From Takakia lepidozioides (taxonomy: Eukaryota > Plantae > Bryophyta), in the NCBI GenBank assembly GCA_030704615.1, contig CM060731.1:40486001-40550000 (forward strand): a DNA stretch of 64,000 bases, in the 5' to 3' direction. Made by a program: the position numbers and the translations under genes. The notes beneath the pieces were generated by a model. The model was not told where the DNA came from. It saw only the letters and a program-made list of their open reading frames with translations, and ran no database searches. This document shows positions 36,452-49,400 of this stretch, piece by piece. The first letter of the stretch is position 1. Each line of letters begins with the position of its first letter.

Positions 36452-37644
36452 TAACACACGGAAACCCTGACGGATATCCCGAAGAACCACCACTTACTGT
36501 GCGACTGACAGTGAAGGACAAGAAGATAACCTCTAGAACGAGTGTCCTAGATAATACATGGGGATTTCCCAATGCCCAGAGTCAAGAGACTCATCGAACC
36601 AAACTAGGCCTAGGGTGAAAGGCCTAACGTGAGAGTAATTAGAGAGGAGAGAAGTGAGGCAAGAGTGACCAATCTATCTGTGGAATAACTTGGTCTTCGC
36701 TGGTGCCCTGATATGCTTCCAGTTCACATCCGATTTTTCGAACTCCGGGGAAGCAAGAGGAGGGATTTGTGATGTTGCCATTGAGCTGGGATTTCCTTTG
36801 GCCAAACACATAATTTGTTTTTTTCAACCCTAAACCCTATCTCAAATGTACTAAGCTCTTACAATTTATTTTTGGTTTTGGTTTATGCTAGGTTCTAGTG
36901 CGATTGAGTAACCATGTTGACTAGCACAACCGGAACCGGCTCAATAAAACAAAACCGGAATCGAATGAACCGTCTCTTGAAATAATTGGGGAACCGAAAC
37001 CGAAGGTTCTGGTATAGTAGTATACTCCCATAATACGAATATTGGGCGCGTATTGCCTTTGGCAATACCAGCCGGTCCGGTTATTAACCCTAGTATTGGA
37101 ATTGCCAATACCAGCCAGGTCGGTTATTCAATACCCTTGGTTGATACCCAGCCAGACCCTATATACCAGTCCAACACTGGTAATTATCTGTCAATTACCC
37201 TCCACTTATATTCTAATGGCGGATAAGTAAAATCACCGGGTCCTATTTTAGTTAAATAATTATACCCCCGGCCTAATGATAGATAAAGGCCACTGCAATT
37301 TGCTAAAATCTCAAAATTAATGGAGATTCACACATAATGGATATCAGGGTCAGTACTCCATTTTGTAGTTACTACTCCAGTGTATCTAGTCATCCACACC
37401 TTGCCAAAAACCTGACATTCCTGCCAACACACTGCTCGAATTTGGGCTGAAGTCAATATACCAGATTCTGGAATGTTGTTTTTGACATCTGGCTTTGCTC
37501 TAGTAGAATCTGAAAGCGTAACTTTCCGATTGTCAACTTGGTTTTGACTTCAGACTTCAAACATGCATTCATTTGAAAGCACATCTTTCTTCTTTTGAAG
37601 TGACGCCAACAACTCACACAACACCACTCCTGGAAAGCCCCTTG

Positions 37645-40600
37645 CTATCTGTATTGATGCATGAGATACTCCAGGGCCAAATGATATGTGCCCACTAGAG
37701 CAGCAGCAGCAAGGCCTTGTTGAGCTGTACCGATGCCGAGTCCTCTCCACAACAAAGGCTCATCAAATGGAGAGATCCCTGCTGTTCGCTGGAACCAGCT
37801 GCCAGTCTTGATCCATTTCAGTAACTTCCTCTCCATTGCAACAAACTGCAATCATAATTGCCCATACAAAGAGAATGAAGGCAAGGACATCAAACAAGGT
37901 CAAGATTTGGCTAGGAAAATATGCCAGTTAATATTGCTGCACAAACACATCCCTTACTACTAAGACCAGTGATCAATGGCCTGCAAGCTCTGCTTCTGTC
38001 CCTTTAAAAGAAAAAGACAGTGTGCCAATGTGTTGATTGACAGAACTGATATTGGTACCTCTGACCACTTCCCGGTTTGGACTGAGATCAAAAGGTGTTT
38101 TCCCAACACCAAGAGATCTGTGAAACGTTCAATTCGGGGGCGCATAGAAAAATTCCATAATGAAGAGGTCAAGGCTGAGTATGTCCAGGCCTTGCAAGAG
38201 GCTCTCCCTCATTTTGTCCACTTGCTCCAAGAACTTCAGTCTCGCTCTGACAACGCAAGAAATGAAGTCGAAAGAGCAGTGGACTGGTAATGACAAGAGA
38301 TTCTGGTTGGCCCTTCAACATTTGTACAAGCCGAAAAACGGTCAGCAAGTACAAGCGCTGAAGACTACTAAAGGTGCAGTGGTGACTTCATCAGTTGACA
38401 TTGTCAAAACCTTTGAAACTCACTACAGTATCCTTGGCAGAACTTCTAGGTCTGACAGTGAGGGGTTTTCTGATGAATGGAGGGACACAGTTGGAAAACT
38501 GTTCCTATGATTCAAAACAGCCGATGAACTGGAGTATATTTCAATGGCTTATAACGCTCCCATTAGTTCTTCTGAGATTGTGGAAGCAATTGAAAATTTA
38601 AACGGATATAAAGCTGGTGGACCTGATGGCATAGTCAACGAGCTTATCAAGCACGGTGGCGATCCCATGATAGAGGCCCTAGTTCTCCTCTTTAACCTTA
38701 TCTGGAAGACTGAAATGATCCCCTTTCGCTGGCGACAGGGGGTCATTGTCAATCTATACAAGAAGGGTGACAGAGAAGAACCGGGGGACTACCGTGGCAT
38801 CACGCTCCTCAATGCTGTTGGCAAGACATTCTGCAGAGTTATAAGTACTCGTCTCGAGGTTAATCTGGAGTCTAGAGGTTGTTTCCACGAAGGCCAAGCT
38901 GTCTTTCGGCGAAACAGGGGCTGTGTGGATCATATCTTCACTCTAAGCCAGATTATCCAGGGAAGGAAAAAAGAAGGGAAACCCACTTATGTTTTTTCCT
39001 GGATGTCAAAAAGGCTTATGACACAGAGTGGAGAGATGGCCTGTGGTTCCGCCTCTGGTCTTGTGGGATCAAGGGAAAGATGTGGAGAGTTGTCCACAAC
39101 TTGTATGCTCACACCAAAAGCTGTGTCACTGTTAATGGACAGAAGTCCAACTTCTTTGACATAGACCAAGGTGTAGCTCAAGGATGTACTCTCTCTCCTC
39201 TGCTCTTCAATGTTATCATCAATCAACTCCTCGAGGATGTGGCGAGTGAGGGATTTGGGTTAAGGGTGGGCTATACCACCATACCAGCCCTTATGTTTGC
39301 GGATGACTTCGCAGGCATAGGGGAGACTCCAACCAATCTCCAGGAGTTGATTGATTGCACGAAGAGATACTTTGATCTTTGGGGGCTAGAGGCTAATGTC
39401 AATGTGCAGTGGTAGCATTCAACGACAGAGGAGAGGGAGGAAGTGATCTTAAGGGGCAGTGGGGTAGCCAAGAGATCCCGGCCCTCCCTTCCTACACTTA
39501 CCTGGGCATTGAGTTTTCCTCCAATTGTAATTGGGATGCACATATCCGGAAAGTTGTTCAAACTGGCAAGGGCAAAGCTCTGGGGCTCACTAAATTTTTC
39601 CACTGCAGAGGGGTCAACTCTGAGGTTAAGAAAACCATTCTTTGTCGCGTTGTTAGACCTGCCTTGGAGTACGGATCTGCAATATGGGTTGATAACTCCA
39701 ACCAGGCTAAGTCTCTAGAATCCATTCAAGTGGGGGTGCTTAAGGAGTGCATGCCAGCATGCTCCAAAACAGCCAATGTGGCTGTTCGGGGTGAGTTTGG
39801 CATTCCATCCTTAAGCTCCCGACAAGATGAATTCAAGGTCAGATGGTGGGGTCAGCTGCAACATATGTCCAACACCAGATATCCTAAGTTAATTGTCTCT
39901 ATATCTTGGAAACAGGACCGCCCTGTCAAACAGGCTAAGTCCGGGCAGAAGAGAGTAGAAGAGATTCTCAAGGACCTGGATCTGGATCCGCAAGTCTTGA
40001 CCCTGCTGGATAAATCTGACTTAGAGGCCATGTCTGTTGCCATGAAATTGTCTGATGAAAATGAAGTTAGGCAGAAAACTTCCCTGAACTTGTTTCCAGT
40101 CTGTGACATGGGGGAGGACATCTTGGATGACCTCAAGGGTCTACCCACTCTCGGCACTAGACTGAAATTTAAACTCAGGGCAGGAAGCCTACCTTTGAAC
40201 AGCAAACAGAAGCAGAGAGGAAAGGGAGAGTGCAATTGTCCGTTGTGTGGGCAACCTGAAGACAGTATTCATTTTCTGATACACTGTCCGGGGTTCTCTC
40301 ACCAAAGAGACGCTCTCTTCAAATCCATCAAGGGAATTGTGCCTGTACCTCTGTTTACCAACTTTGAAAGTCTCGCCAAAAGCCCAGGCCCTTCTGAGGC
40401 CTAGTTTTTTGGCAAATCACACACAGCAGATTGATGCTTGTGTGAAGGGTTTCTAGAGGATATCTGGAAAACCCAGATTAATTCTATATATGAAGGTAAG
40501 TCTTACTACCAACGTCAGCCCCTGACAGAGGTAGGTTCTGTCCCTTTTGTTTCCGCTCAAACTGGGCGCGGGGTCAATGGCCACAAGGCTACGGCAAACA

Positions 40601-42813
40601 ACGTCTTATGAATCCATTCTTCAAAAGAAAAACTTGGAAAAATGTACGGGTGTTACCTGAGGAAGGACAGTAGCTTGAGTCCTAGTCATAGCAGTGTCGA
40701 GTGTATGAGATGCAACTGCAGCTCCAGACCCAGCAAGACCAGCGGTCACACTCAGTTGCCATGGTTTTAATGGATCCACTTCTTCGAGAGTGCTGGTGAC
40801 CACACAGATGGCCCATTGCATGCAGTGAGTCTTTGCCTCCTTGTACAGGGGCTACATGTAAGACATTATAAGAATGAAAGCATACCATGCCAGCATGAAA
40901 ATTCACACAATTGCTCCTTCTCCAATTCTGTATCTTGTTCTAGGTGTGTGCTGCACCTCGCCTTCTTCACCTATCCTATGAGTACACACTCATAACAAGA
41001 GCATGCCATCAAAAGCCAAGCAGATGACCTGGGTGGGTGATCCATGTGAAATGCCTTCCACTCCAGCACAAGATCACACAGAAAATGCCAACTGCCAAAG
41101 AAAACTCCACCATACGACGCATCTCGAAATAACCCTGACCGCAGCCCTCTCCAGAGCACATTCGACCCTTCTAGTTGAATTGCCCCCCTGAGGCCCACTA
41201 CATCTCCAACAAGTGGTGGCTTCCCAGAGCCTGTTGCCAACCAAGGATAGTCTTGGAGAGCCGCAACCATGTTTGGGTGCTTTGCTGGTAGGCCAGCAAA
41301 GCAACTGCCAACCTGAGTCCAGCGAGCCTTGTTCAGTGCACGAGTTAAGCTCAGGTCTGGAGCTGGGGTGACACGTGCCACCTGGGCTCGCAATTTGAGG
41401 AAGTCAAAAGGAGCGGCTATCAAAGACTCTAAAGACCCTGCAAACAGGCCTGCAAGACAAGCTTCTGATACTGTGACATAGCTGTAGCTTCGCCCATCTG
41501 CCATACATGCCACGAAACATCTGTTATTACATCTCTACCTCTTCCAATCAGTTGTTGGTTAGTCTTTTCCCCTGCCTCCATACTCCTCCCTTCTTACTCT
41601 ACATCTCCCATACGCTGACTGCAATACATGCACATGCAAGTTCCTGCAGAGCACACATTTGTCAACTGCATAAATGTAAGTACATAGCTGACTGTATTTA
41701 TGAATGTGAGATCAGTTTGCCAAGCATGGATGCAATATTTCGCTTCCACTCAGCTGATCAAAAACACTAAGAACACAGGAGGAAATATTGTGAAATAATG
41801 AAGTAAAAAACCAAACCACCATCGCCCACCTCAAAACTCCACACATATCATGATACACAATTTACAAACATGACATCACACTGGACCTACCAGAACCCCG
41901 ACCCATACGTAATTTAGAAGACTATCTTCACTAGAGAAGCCAACAACACATCCCCCAAAGAAGAAGGAGCGTGGGTGAAATTGACCAGTAATGAAGGCTG
42001 AGCTGAGCTCATATACTCCAAAACGTACGCCTAGCACAGGCAATCTTCCCAGCAGCTGCCACCCTACCCCTCCATACAGCCCTGCAACAGACAATTAAAC
42101 ATTAGAAAGTAATCAAATCCAAAAGAATATTCATACTGAGCAGGCAACACTATGACCTATTGCCCGCGCATTGTAAATTCACCACTTCTCTGGTCACTGA
42201 ATGGACTGTTGTTGGGATACAGAAAGGAGTGATTTGATCTCTTTCTGTTTGTCAGATACCCCTAGTGGGCTCAACCCCCAGAGTTCTCTGCGAGAAATCA
42301 ATGACTGGCTCTTTCCCTCGCAAACAGATTTCAAATTCCCCACCCACGTGCAGATTCTTCAGGTGACACCAGCTTTGGACTCCAGAGATAAGGAAGGTAG
42401 CAAAAATGATGATCAGAGATAACTAACCTGCCAGCCCAACACCCGAGGAGCTCCGAACTCCGGCCACCAACGTTGCCAGGTTCAAGTGTCCGCCAATATT
42501 GCCCAACGGCATGCCTACCAAGCTTTTTTCTGCATTTGCAGTCACCTGTTACCAACAACCATCATGTGACAATTCGCACCAATCTCAATCCCAAATAGCA
42601 CCCGCACAACCGATCGAGATCTCACTTGCAACCGTCTCTTTAAACGAACAACAACCAGAGAAGAGAGAGAACCTGAAGAAGCGACTTGACAGTGTCAAGC
42701 GGGTAAGAGAGGGCAGCTTCGGAAGCCACTGCTACAGCGGCCGCTAGCCCATGCCTAGCCACCAGCGATGTCCTGTAATCATCTTTCTTGTACCGCACTT
42801 TTGCCACAGCCAT
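37645..42813 (-). CDS. Mitochondrial substrate carrier family protein (resembles Arabidopsis At4g15010); 6 exons
   Basis: Phase-consistent exons 42813-42673, 42545-42428, 42081-41986, 41497-41029, 40792-40657, 37845-37645. Carrier signatures YPLDTVKSLLQ, PFDFLKLRAQ, HTLDTAMTRTQ; GLYGG and LWRG motifs. Confidence 0.88.
37960..40600 (+). mobile_element. 5'-truncated, decayed LINE (APE-RT type) antisense in the last intron of the carrier gene
   Basis: End of APE domain (GTSDHFPV), KAGGPDGI, KKGDREEPGDYRGITLLN, FLDVKKAYD, GVAQGCTLSPLLFN, MFADD, YTYLGI, C-terminal CPLCGQPEDSIHFLIHCP; frameshifts and stops; no TSD found. Confidence 0.92.
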
Positions 42814-43189
42814 CACAGCCCTAAATCCTTATTCAATAGAAAGGAAGGCGAGGACGGAGAATGTTCCTCAAGAACACTCCCCAAAGAGTTGGACCACTTC
42901 GCAAAAGAAGTTTGCCATCACATCAGTAGCCAGGCTCCACTGAGGCTTCTGGATAGCTTCTCTTTCATCCGTGATGGGGTTGCTCTTGTTGTTACGGTGC
43001 AAGCCAAGCTATGGTGCCTCTTGAAAGTTAGGTATTTCGACCTGAGTCATCCAAGATCAGGTTGAGTCATGAATACAATGTTTGCCTGCTGTTGTAACAG
43101 GGGTGGAACCGTTGTTTGCACGGATGAATTCAGACACAGAAGTTGACACTGGATACAACCTGCTAAGGGAGGGCTAGTAGACCCAAAGC

Positions 43190-43810
43190 ATCATTTTTTT
43201 TGTGAAATCCCTCACGCTGGTAGCTTTCCTTCTGATCATCCGCCTTGCCGAGAAGGCGGAAGGAACGTATGATAGCTGCCTCTCAGGCAGAGCTCAAATC
43301 AGCTGCACTGGAACTCCTGAGAGAAAGCAACATAATGTTGGTCTGTGGAATCACCCATGTTGTGAGTTTCCTGGTGGTGCTTGCTCTTCATGTTGCTAGG
43401 ACTAACCATGACCAAACAGCATTGACCAAGGAAGTCAATGACTTGCAAATGTCAGTCCTGCAGAAGGAAGCAAAGGAGTATTGGGGACTGGTGGAGGACC
43501 TGTTCCTGCTGCCGCAGGTTGTGGGTTCAGCTCTGTGGGTTGTGAACGGGGGACCCCTTCATGTCAGGTTAAATTGAATTTACGATGCTACGAGATAGGC
43601 TCCGCACACCTCCCTTCAACCCATACTCCAGTATGGCATTGGGCAAGAAGGAGACCTAGGCATGTGTCTGGAGATGATGGGAAGCTGTCTGAACATACAA
43701 TTTGGTAGTTGTTGTGCTCGAGCACTAAGGAATGCTGTCTGCACCATGTTGGCTCTAACAACCGGGTCCAGGAGGGTTGAAATCCCTAAGGGGGGTTATG
43801 CCCTCAAGGA
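43190..43810 (+). pseudogene. Fragment of a DUF2921-family plant membrane protein gene
   Basis: VKSLTLVAFLLIIRLAEK and KEYWGLVEDLFLLPQVVGSALWVVNGGPL resemble the recalled DUF2921 motifs VKLLxLVAFLLTLRLxQK and EYxGLVQDFFLLPQIIGN; they are in different frames and followed by stops. Confidence 0.6.
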
Positions 43811-44110
43811 TACGCCATACCAACAGTGCAGGGAATGGTCAATGTGCAGATTGTGTTTCTTTTTAATCTCTCATTGCAATCAGACCTAGACTGCTTGCTT
43901 TTCAACTTCAGTGAAGCTATGCATGTATCTGCTGAAGCCCTTGGAGTGATCTGTTTGCTCTTACTGTTGCAGCAAACTGATGGCTCACCCATGGGTGTCA
44001 GAAATGGAGGTTTTCAGTAACACAACACAAACAACATGTTCTTGGTAGATTCTTACCCTGCTTCGCGTTCTTCAGCTTGAAAGACCACAGCTGGTACATG
44101 TGCAGGTAAA

Positions 44111-44620
44111 TTACGTCCGTTCTGCGTTCCACCATATCACAGCTCGATCTGCATCCTCTTGGATTACAGGCAAGAAAACTTGTATAACTGAGCTTTTATG
44201 CCACATGTTGTCCATGTCAAGAATTCCTGCTGTCTCCATCCCTTTAAATAGGTGTTTAAAAAGCCATCCCAAATGGCTCCAAACGTCCAAACCTGTCTCC
44301 AAAATTCACAGGCATAACTGGCTGCACATTCACAACAATTCACGGTGACTGTATTAAGTATAAACCCTTAAAGGACCAGCTAACTTGACAGTAGGGGTTA
44401 TAAGGAAAGGGGCCAGTAGCCGCATGGGGAAGAGGCTCCTATTTACGCTAGCTCCGGTTGGCGTCATATATACATATATAGGGTTAACTAGCTTCAATTC
44501 TTCCTCTTCATTGCATAGCTCTGCATAAAGGCCCCATGAATCAGTTGCAGCATGCAGTGAGGAAAGCATAGTCTGTTTGTCAAATCTGTGGTTGCCTTTG
44601 CTGGGAGATATTGATTTCTT
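44111..44620 (-). mobile_element. Relic of an integrase-core DDE transposase of the eukaryotic IS3-like (IS3EU) type
   Basis: DVWSHLGWLFKHLFKGMETAGILDMDNMWHKSSVIQVFLPVIQEDADRAVIWWNA fits DVxxxxxxxFxxLFxxMExxGxLDxxNxxHxxxLxxVFLPxIxxxLxxFxxxWN; upstream TMLSSLHAATDSWGL fits TVLxxFxxAxxxYGL. Confidence 0.5.
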
Positions 44621-46420
44621 GGATTATCATGTAAAGATGTCTGGAGATTGTGGGAGGAGTACCTTAGGGATGAAGAACTTTACTACGAAAAAGACACTGC
44701 AGGAGCCAGACCTGGGGAAGAAATGCAGTGACAAATGGTGGAAATGAGAACAGCAGGACTTCCAGTGATTGCATAAAAAATGTGTGAAGAGTTTGTGGGA
44801 GTACTCCCATACCAATGTAGAGACGTCTATACAAATTGCCAGGCCAGAGATTGCACTTGGCCAAGGAGCTCATCGAAGTTTGGTGCATCTTGGGACTATT
44901 GTATTTAGCATTAGAGTTCTTGTATATATATAGCTCTGAGTGTGGTCCAACAGATAGGTCAAAGATGAGAGGGTGACAAAACTTAGTTACTTCCACGCTG
45001 AAGCCATCCAAAGGAAAACAAGGCAAAGGAAAATAGTCCTCTTCCTAAAATGAAGCTCACAAATCTAGAAGAGTGAAATCTGTGGAATATTGCAACATGT
45101 GACAGCTACTTCCGCAGTGGAACCATTCAATGAGAGAAAACACCAAGGTGAAGGAAAGCATGTCTACACACATGACTCACAAATCTTAACCAGCAAAATC
45201 TGCGGAATATTACAACACGTCTGACAGGTAAAATGATCAAATCGGGAGGAAGCGGAAAGCTGAGGTATTTTCAGCAGATTCAAACCTCGGCTCCACAAGA
45301 AACAATCACTTAATCCTCATTCTTCTAGTGTTGTCGAAGTATACTAGAGAAAATTCCACCACCTTTTCCTTGCAAGCATCCAAAACAATTATCAATGATG
45401 CTGTCTCCAATTTGCACTGCTTGTGAATGTAACATGAAAATGAGGGCAACCAAGAAAGGCTTTGCTCCCTTTGGAAACCCCCTTTCTGACAAGAATGTAT
45501 GTCGGATGTTTCTGTACTGGATACACATGTGAGAGGTCTGCTGGATTGAAACATTTGTTGCAGGTGGTCAATATGGGACTACGCCCTTAGGCTGAAGGAA
45601 AACATCCCACAGCAAGTAAGATTACTCAAGGGCGACAAATGGCCAAAACCAAGATAACCATCCAAAATCTCGATGGAGTCAACAAACAAACCTTCAGCCA
45701 TGGAAGGCCAGAGAGGAGAACGAGGCACGGGCCAGGAGGGACCGACCCCATAGCAAACATGGCCTGAGGATCAATGTACCGCAAGGGAGATTGCCAAGGA
45801 AGCCCAGGTGAGGATAGATTGAGAAATCCCCGTGAACCTTGGCCAAGATGTACCATCATTGGCAGCCAATAAAACAGACAACTAGGTGCCAAGAAAAGTT
45901 GGGAAGATGTATGAGACAAAAGAATATGAGGGAATTCTTCTTCCCCAATCCAACAAGTGACATGTAAACAAAGTGGAGCCACTTTGATATGGCTAGTATG
46001 CAAGTATGGCAACTAGTGTAGATGAGAGACTCATTAAAGGCCTATCAACAGCCGAGTTCAGCGCCATGCAACAGTATTGTGTTGCATGATGCAGGTGGGA
46101 GACTTTCCCTCTCCAGTCCACCTACTTCCTGATATTTTACTGACAGGCCAGGCAATATCCCAGACCTGCAAAAAATGTGTGTAAATGCAGTTTAAGTGAG
46201 CAATCAGGCCTCCAGTAAGTATGTACAAGAGGTGGCCTCAGCTACTTACTTGAATCAGTCAAACTGACTCACACTCCATGGCAGCAGAGCCTCTCCACGT
46301 TGAACCCTGGACACCATTGGAGGACAGAATGCTGGTGCGTCAAGTCCTGAAAAGATCTGGGATGATTGAGTGAATGATGCCTATACTTAGGCGGTACTTT
46401 GAGGACAAGGTGGCATTCTA

Positions 46421-49400
46421 TCATGCTCGGAAGATGTGGACAGCCTGGTTGACGGACCGGCGGCAAAATGGGCAGCGTGTGACTGCTGATGAGCATCTTT
46501 TGCAAAGCACATGCCCACATGGAACCACCATGGTATCCACCTCATTGCTCAAGCACACCCGGCACATCCATGCTGCACGAGCTGCCTCAGCATCCTTCAT
46601 TGCTGCCTCTGCCCTTTCCTGTTTGTCACCAGCACATGTCACTGTTTGGACCAGACAAAGACATGTCGGTATGATGCAACGCTACACTTGTGCATACATC
46701 TTGCTATAGATCACATGTTTGACTGTAAGGAAAGGAAAGGAATGGAAAGGGAAACAGTGTGTGCCTCATGCATGCATTACATACCCACCTTGAGAACTAC
46801 TGTCCTACACTCTGTATGTGTTTCCAGCAAGATTGTATGTGAGCCAGAATCATTTGCACTGGGAATCACACCCACATAAAAACAAGTTTTAAACAAACGG
46901 TAAGACAGGAGAGGTAGTTACCTGCTCAATGGAGAGAGCTGTGTCAGCTGCAGTAAGTTGTTCCTTTAGAGACAAGGTATGCTCGAGCAACGAGTTTTGA
47001 TCTACACCCATAGGCATACCAGCTGCTGCCAACATGTCACTTACTGCACGTACCACCTCTGTAACGGAGACACTCTTTGCGGCCTCCCTCTCAATGTGCT
47101 CCTGCATCAGCCGATACTTTTTACTTATCATCAGTCCCGCCTTGAATCTCCAGAGATAACTATTTTGGCAATGTGAGACCCATCACGCTTCCATGTTCCT
47201 CCAACATCAAAATGTGTTCCCCACAATGTAAGACACCACAGTATTTTCTTGGGTCTGGATGCACTACTCTTGCTATGATATGCATACATTTCAAAGGACA
47301 TAAATTCTGCGCTAGATATATTAGAAGAAGGGAGGAACACTACCTGCTTGTGTGATGCTCCAGCAACATCAGCATTGAGACCGGTACTGTCTTTCACAGA
47401 CTTGTCAGCAGGCTCTGGAGCTGTATTCTTGCTCCTAGTTAACCCTTGCAAATCTTTTGTATCTTCAAGGGCTGTGGCTGATGAGCTGGCAGCAGCTGTG
47501 CCTTTGAAGGAGAGAACTTGGGAAGACAAAAGCAGGTGGATCTCCCCTGGTCCTGTCTCCACATCAAGGCGATACAAAGCTTGCCCTGCAGAAGCACGCA
47601 CATCATGCAGCACACGTCCATAGCGCATGCATCCCTGTCCATCAGGGCGCCATGCAACAATCTCACCAGCATGAAAGGGCCTCAGTGGATGGCACTGCAC
47701 AAGTACTGCATCAGCTGCCACCAACTCCATGCCCAGCATTCCACTATGCTGCATGTCACCCTTGCTTCTCCTGCTACTGATATTGGACCCCAATCTCAGC
47801 GCATGTAGTACATTGACATCCATGCTGGCTGGTGATGTGAAAAGTGGGCCAATGGCAAGACACACAGGGCTGCCCAAGAGTCTGCTCACCACGACTGCCA
47901 GCAGGTCCTGCACTATGACACACTGGGGTGGCTCTGCAATTAGCAAGCGGTCCTTGGCTTTATCCACAAACTCAAACACTCGGTGCCCCTCTTCGCCCTC
48001 CTCATCACTTGTGAGTGATGGTGTCAATTTCTTCAAAGGCCGTCGAGTCACATCTGTGCGGCCAGGTAGCATGAGAAAGCGTGTATATAGCCGCCGAACA
48101 AACCAGAGCCCATCAGCAGCAAAGATGAGAGCCCTTACAAGCTGTTCCTTACTTGTTCCATGTTGTAAGGATGGAATAACAATCGCTGTCTCCTGCACCA
48201 CAGCCCATATAGCTTCTGCAAACGCTGGGCTTCGCAGCTTATCTGCAATAGAGGATCGCAGAATGGGACCAATATAATCGACCACTTCTAATGACTTGTT
48301 CTCATCCAGCTCCTGCAGATAAGAAGAAATCAGTCCTTCAGCATGTCACATTGAATTACGAAGTTTCCATATCAAGGTCAGTGAAACCGGGCCAAGTAAG
48401 CAGAGTCTCCATCCAAGAGCCTTGATATCTCTGTATCAATTTTTTTTCCATGGTTTCCTTCCTGAGATCTTCCAGATACAGGCATCACGAAAACTGCTAG
48501 CCAGTAATATAACCAACAAGGGGTCTCACCTTAACTTCCTTCTCAAGCATACATTTCCTTATAATGCTGTTGTAAAAACCACTGGTTTAAGGATCACAGA
48601 GCAGTCATCTGAACTGGAAAGAGAAAATAGGACATGGCTCTTACCTCCACAACTACCTCTGACAGCTTGCGGACACCCAGCTGATTACAGAGCTTTTCTG
48701 AGACATGCGGGTGAACAAATCTCACACGGGACACATCGATCTCACCCACTAGATTTGCACCAGGGGTATCCACATATACACATGCCCTCGCTTGTAGAAG
48801 TCTCCCACCATCATCAGGCACCACGGCACCCTCGGCAGGATCAGGCAGCATGTGACTGGCCATTGCCTTGGCCCTGTTCCCATCATCACAAATGAACTGC
48901 AATATACGCAACACTGCCCGGAGCTCATTGGGGTTAAGGCGCTGATATCCGCATGAATGTTGCAGATGCAAAAGCAGAGCTCGCATGCTCTCAAACGTAG
49001 GTGAATCTTGCATCCCTAATGAAGTCAGGACATCCACATGTGCAAGATATGCCCTTGGCAGTTCAAAAGCAAAGGGAGCGAGGTCCATCCCCAGCCTTGC
49101 AAACAGTGAAGTGGCTGCTGCCAAGCGTGTGCCATTAGTCACCGGTATAAAGTGCACTCTCTGCAATGCCTCCTTGTCTGCCCACAGAACAACATCTGTA
49201 AGAAATTGTACAGAATATGGGAAACCAGACTAGTGCGAATCCTTGATTCTGTGAAACCCTCCCCACTCTTTATCAAGAAAGTTAACCTTCGTCGACTTGG
49301 TTTGATTCTGATAAAAGGACAATAACAACCCACAGATGCAAGACAGTTGCCACTGGAATCACCAACACAAGGAGGGGAAAAGACTGAGCCACTCGGTATG

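Noticed and set aside
35560-36840. Interstitial telomere array
   Set aside because: Only isolated or doubled CCCTAAA units, not a tandem array.
44640-46010. Faint gypsy-RT-like (44640-44990) and LINE 3'-end-like (45580-46010) remnants, plus a 120-bp-spaced direct repeat (45056-45230)
   Set aside because: Too degenerate to support a call by eye.
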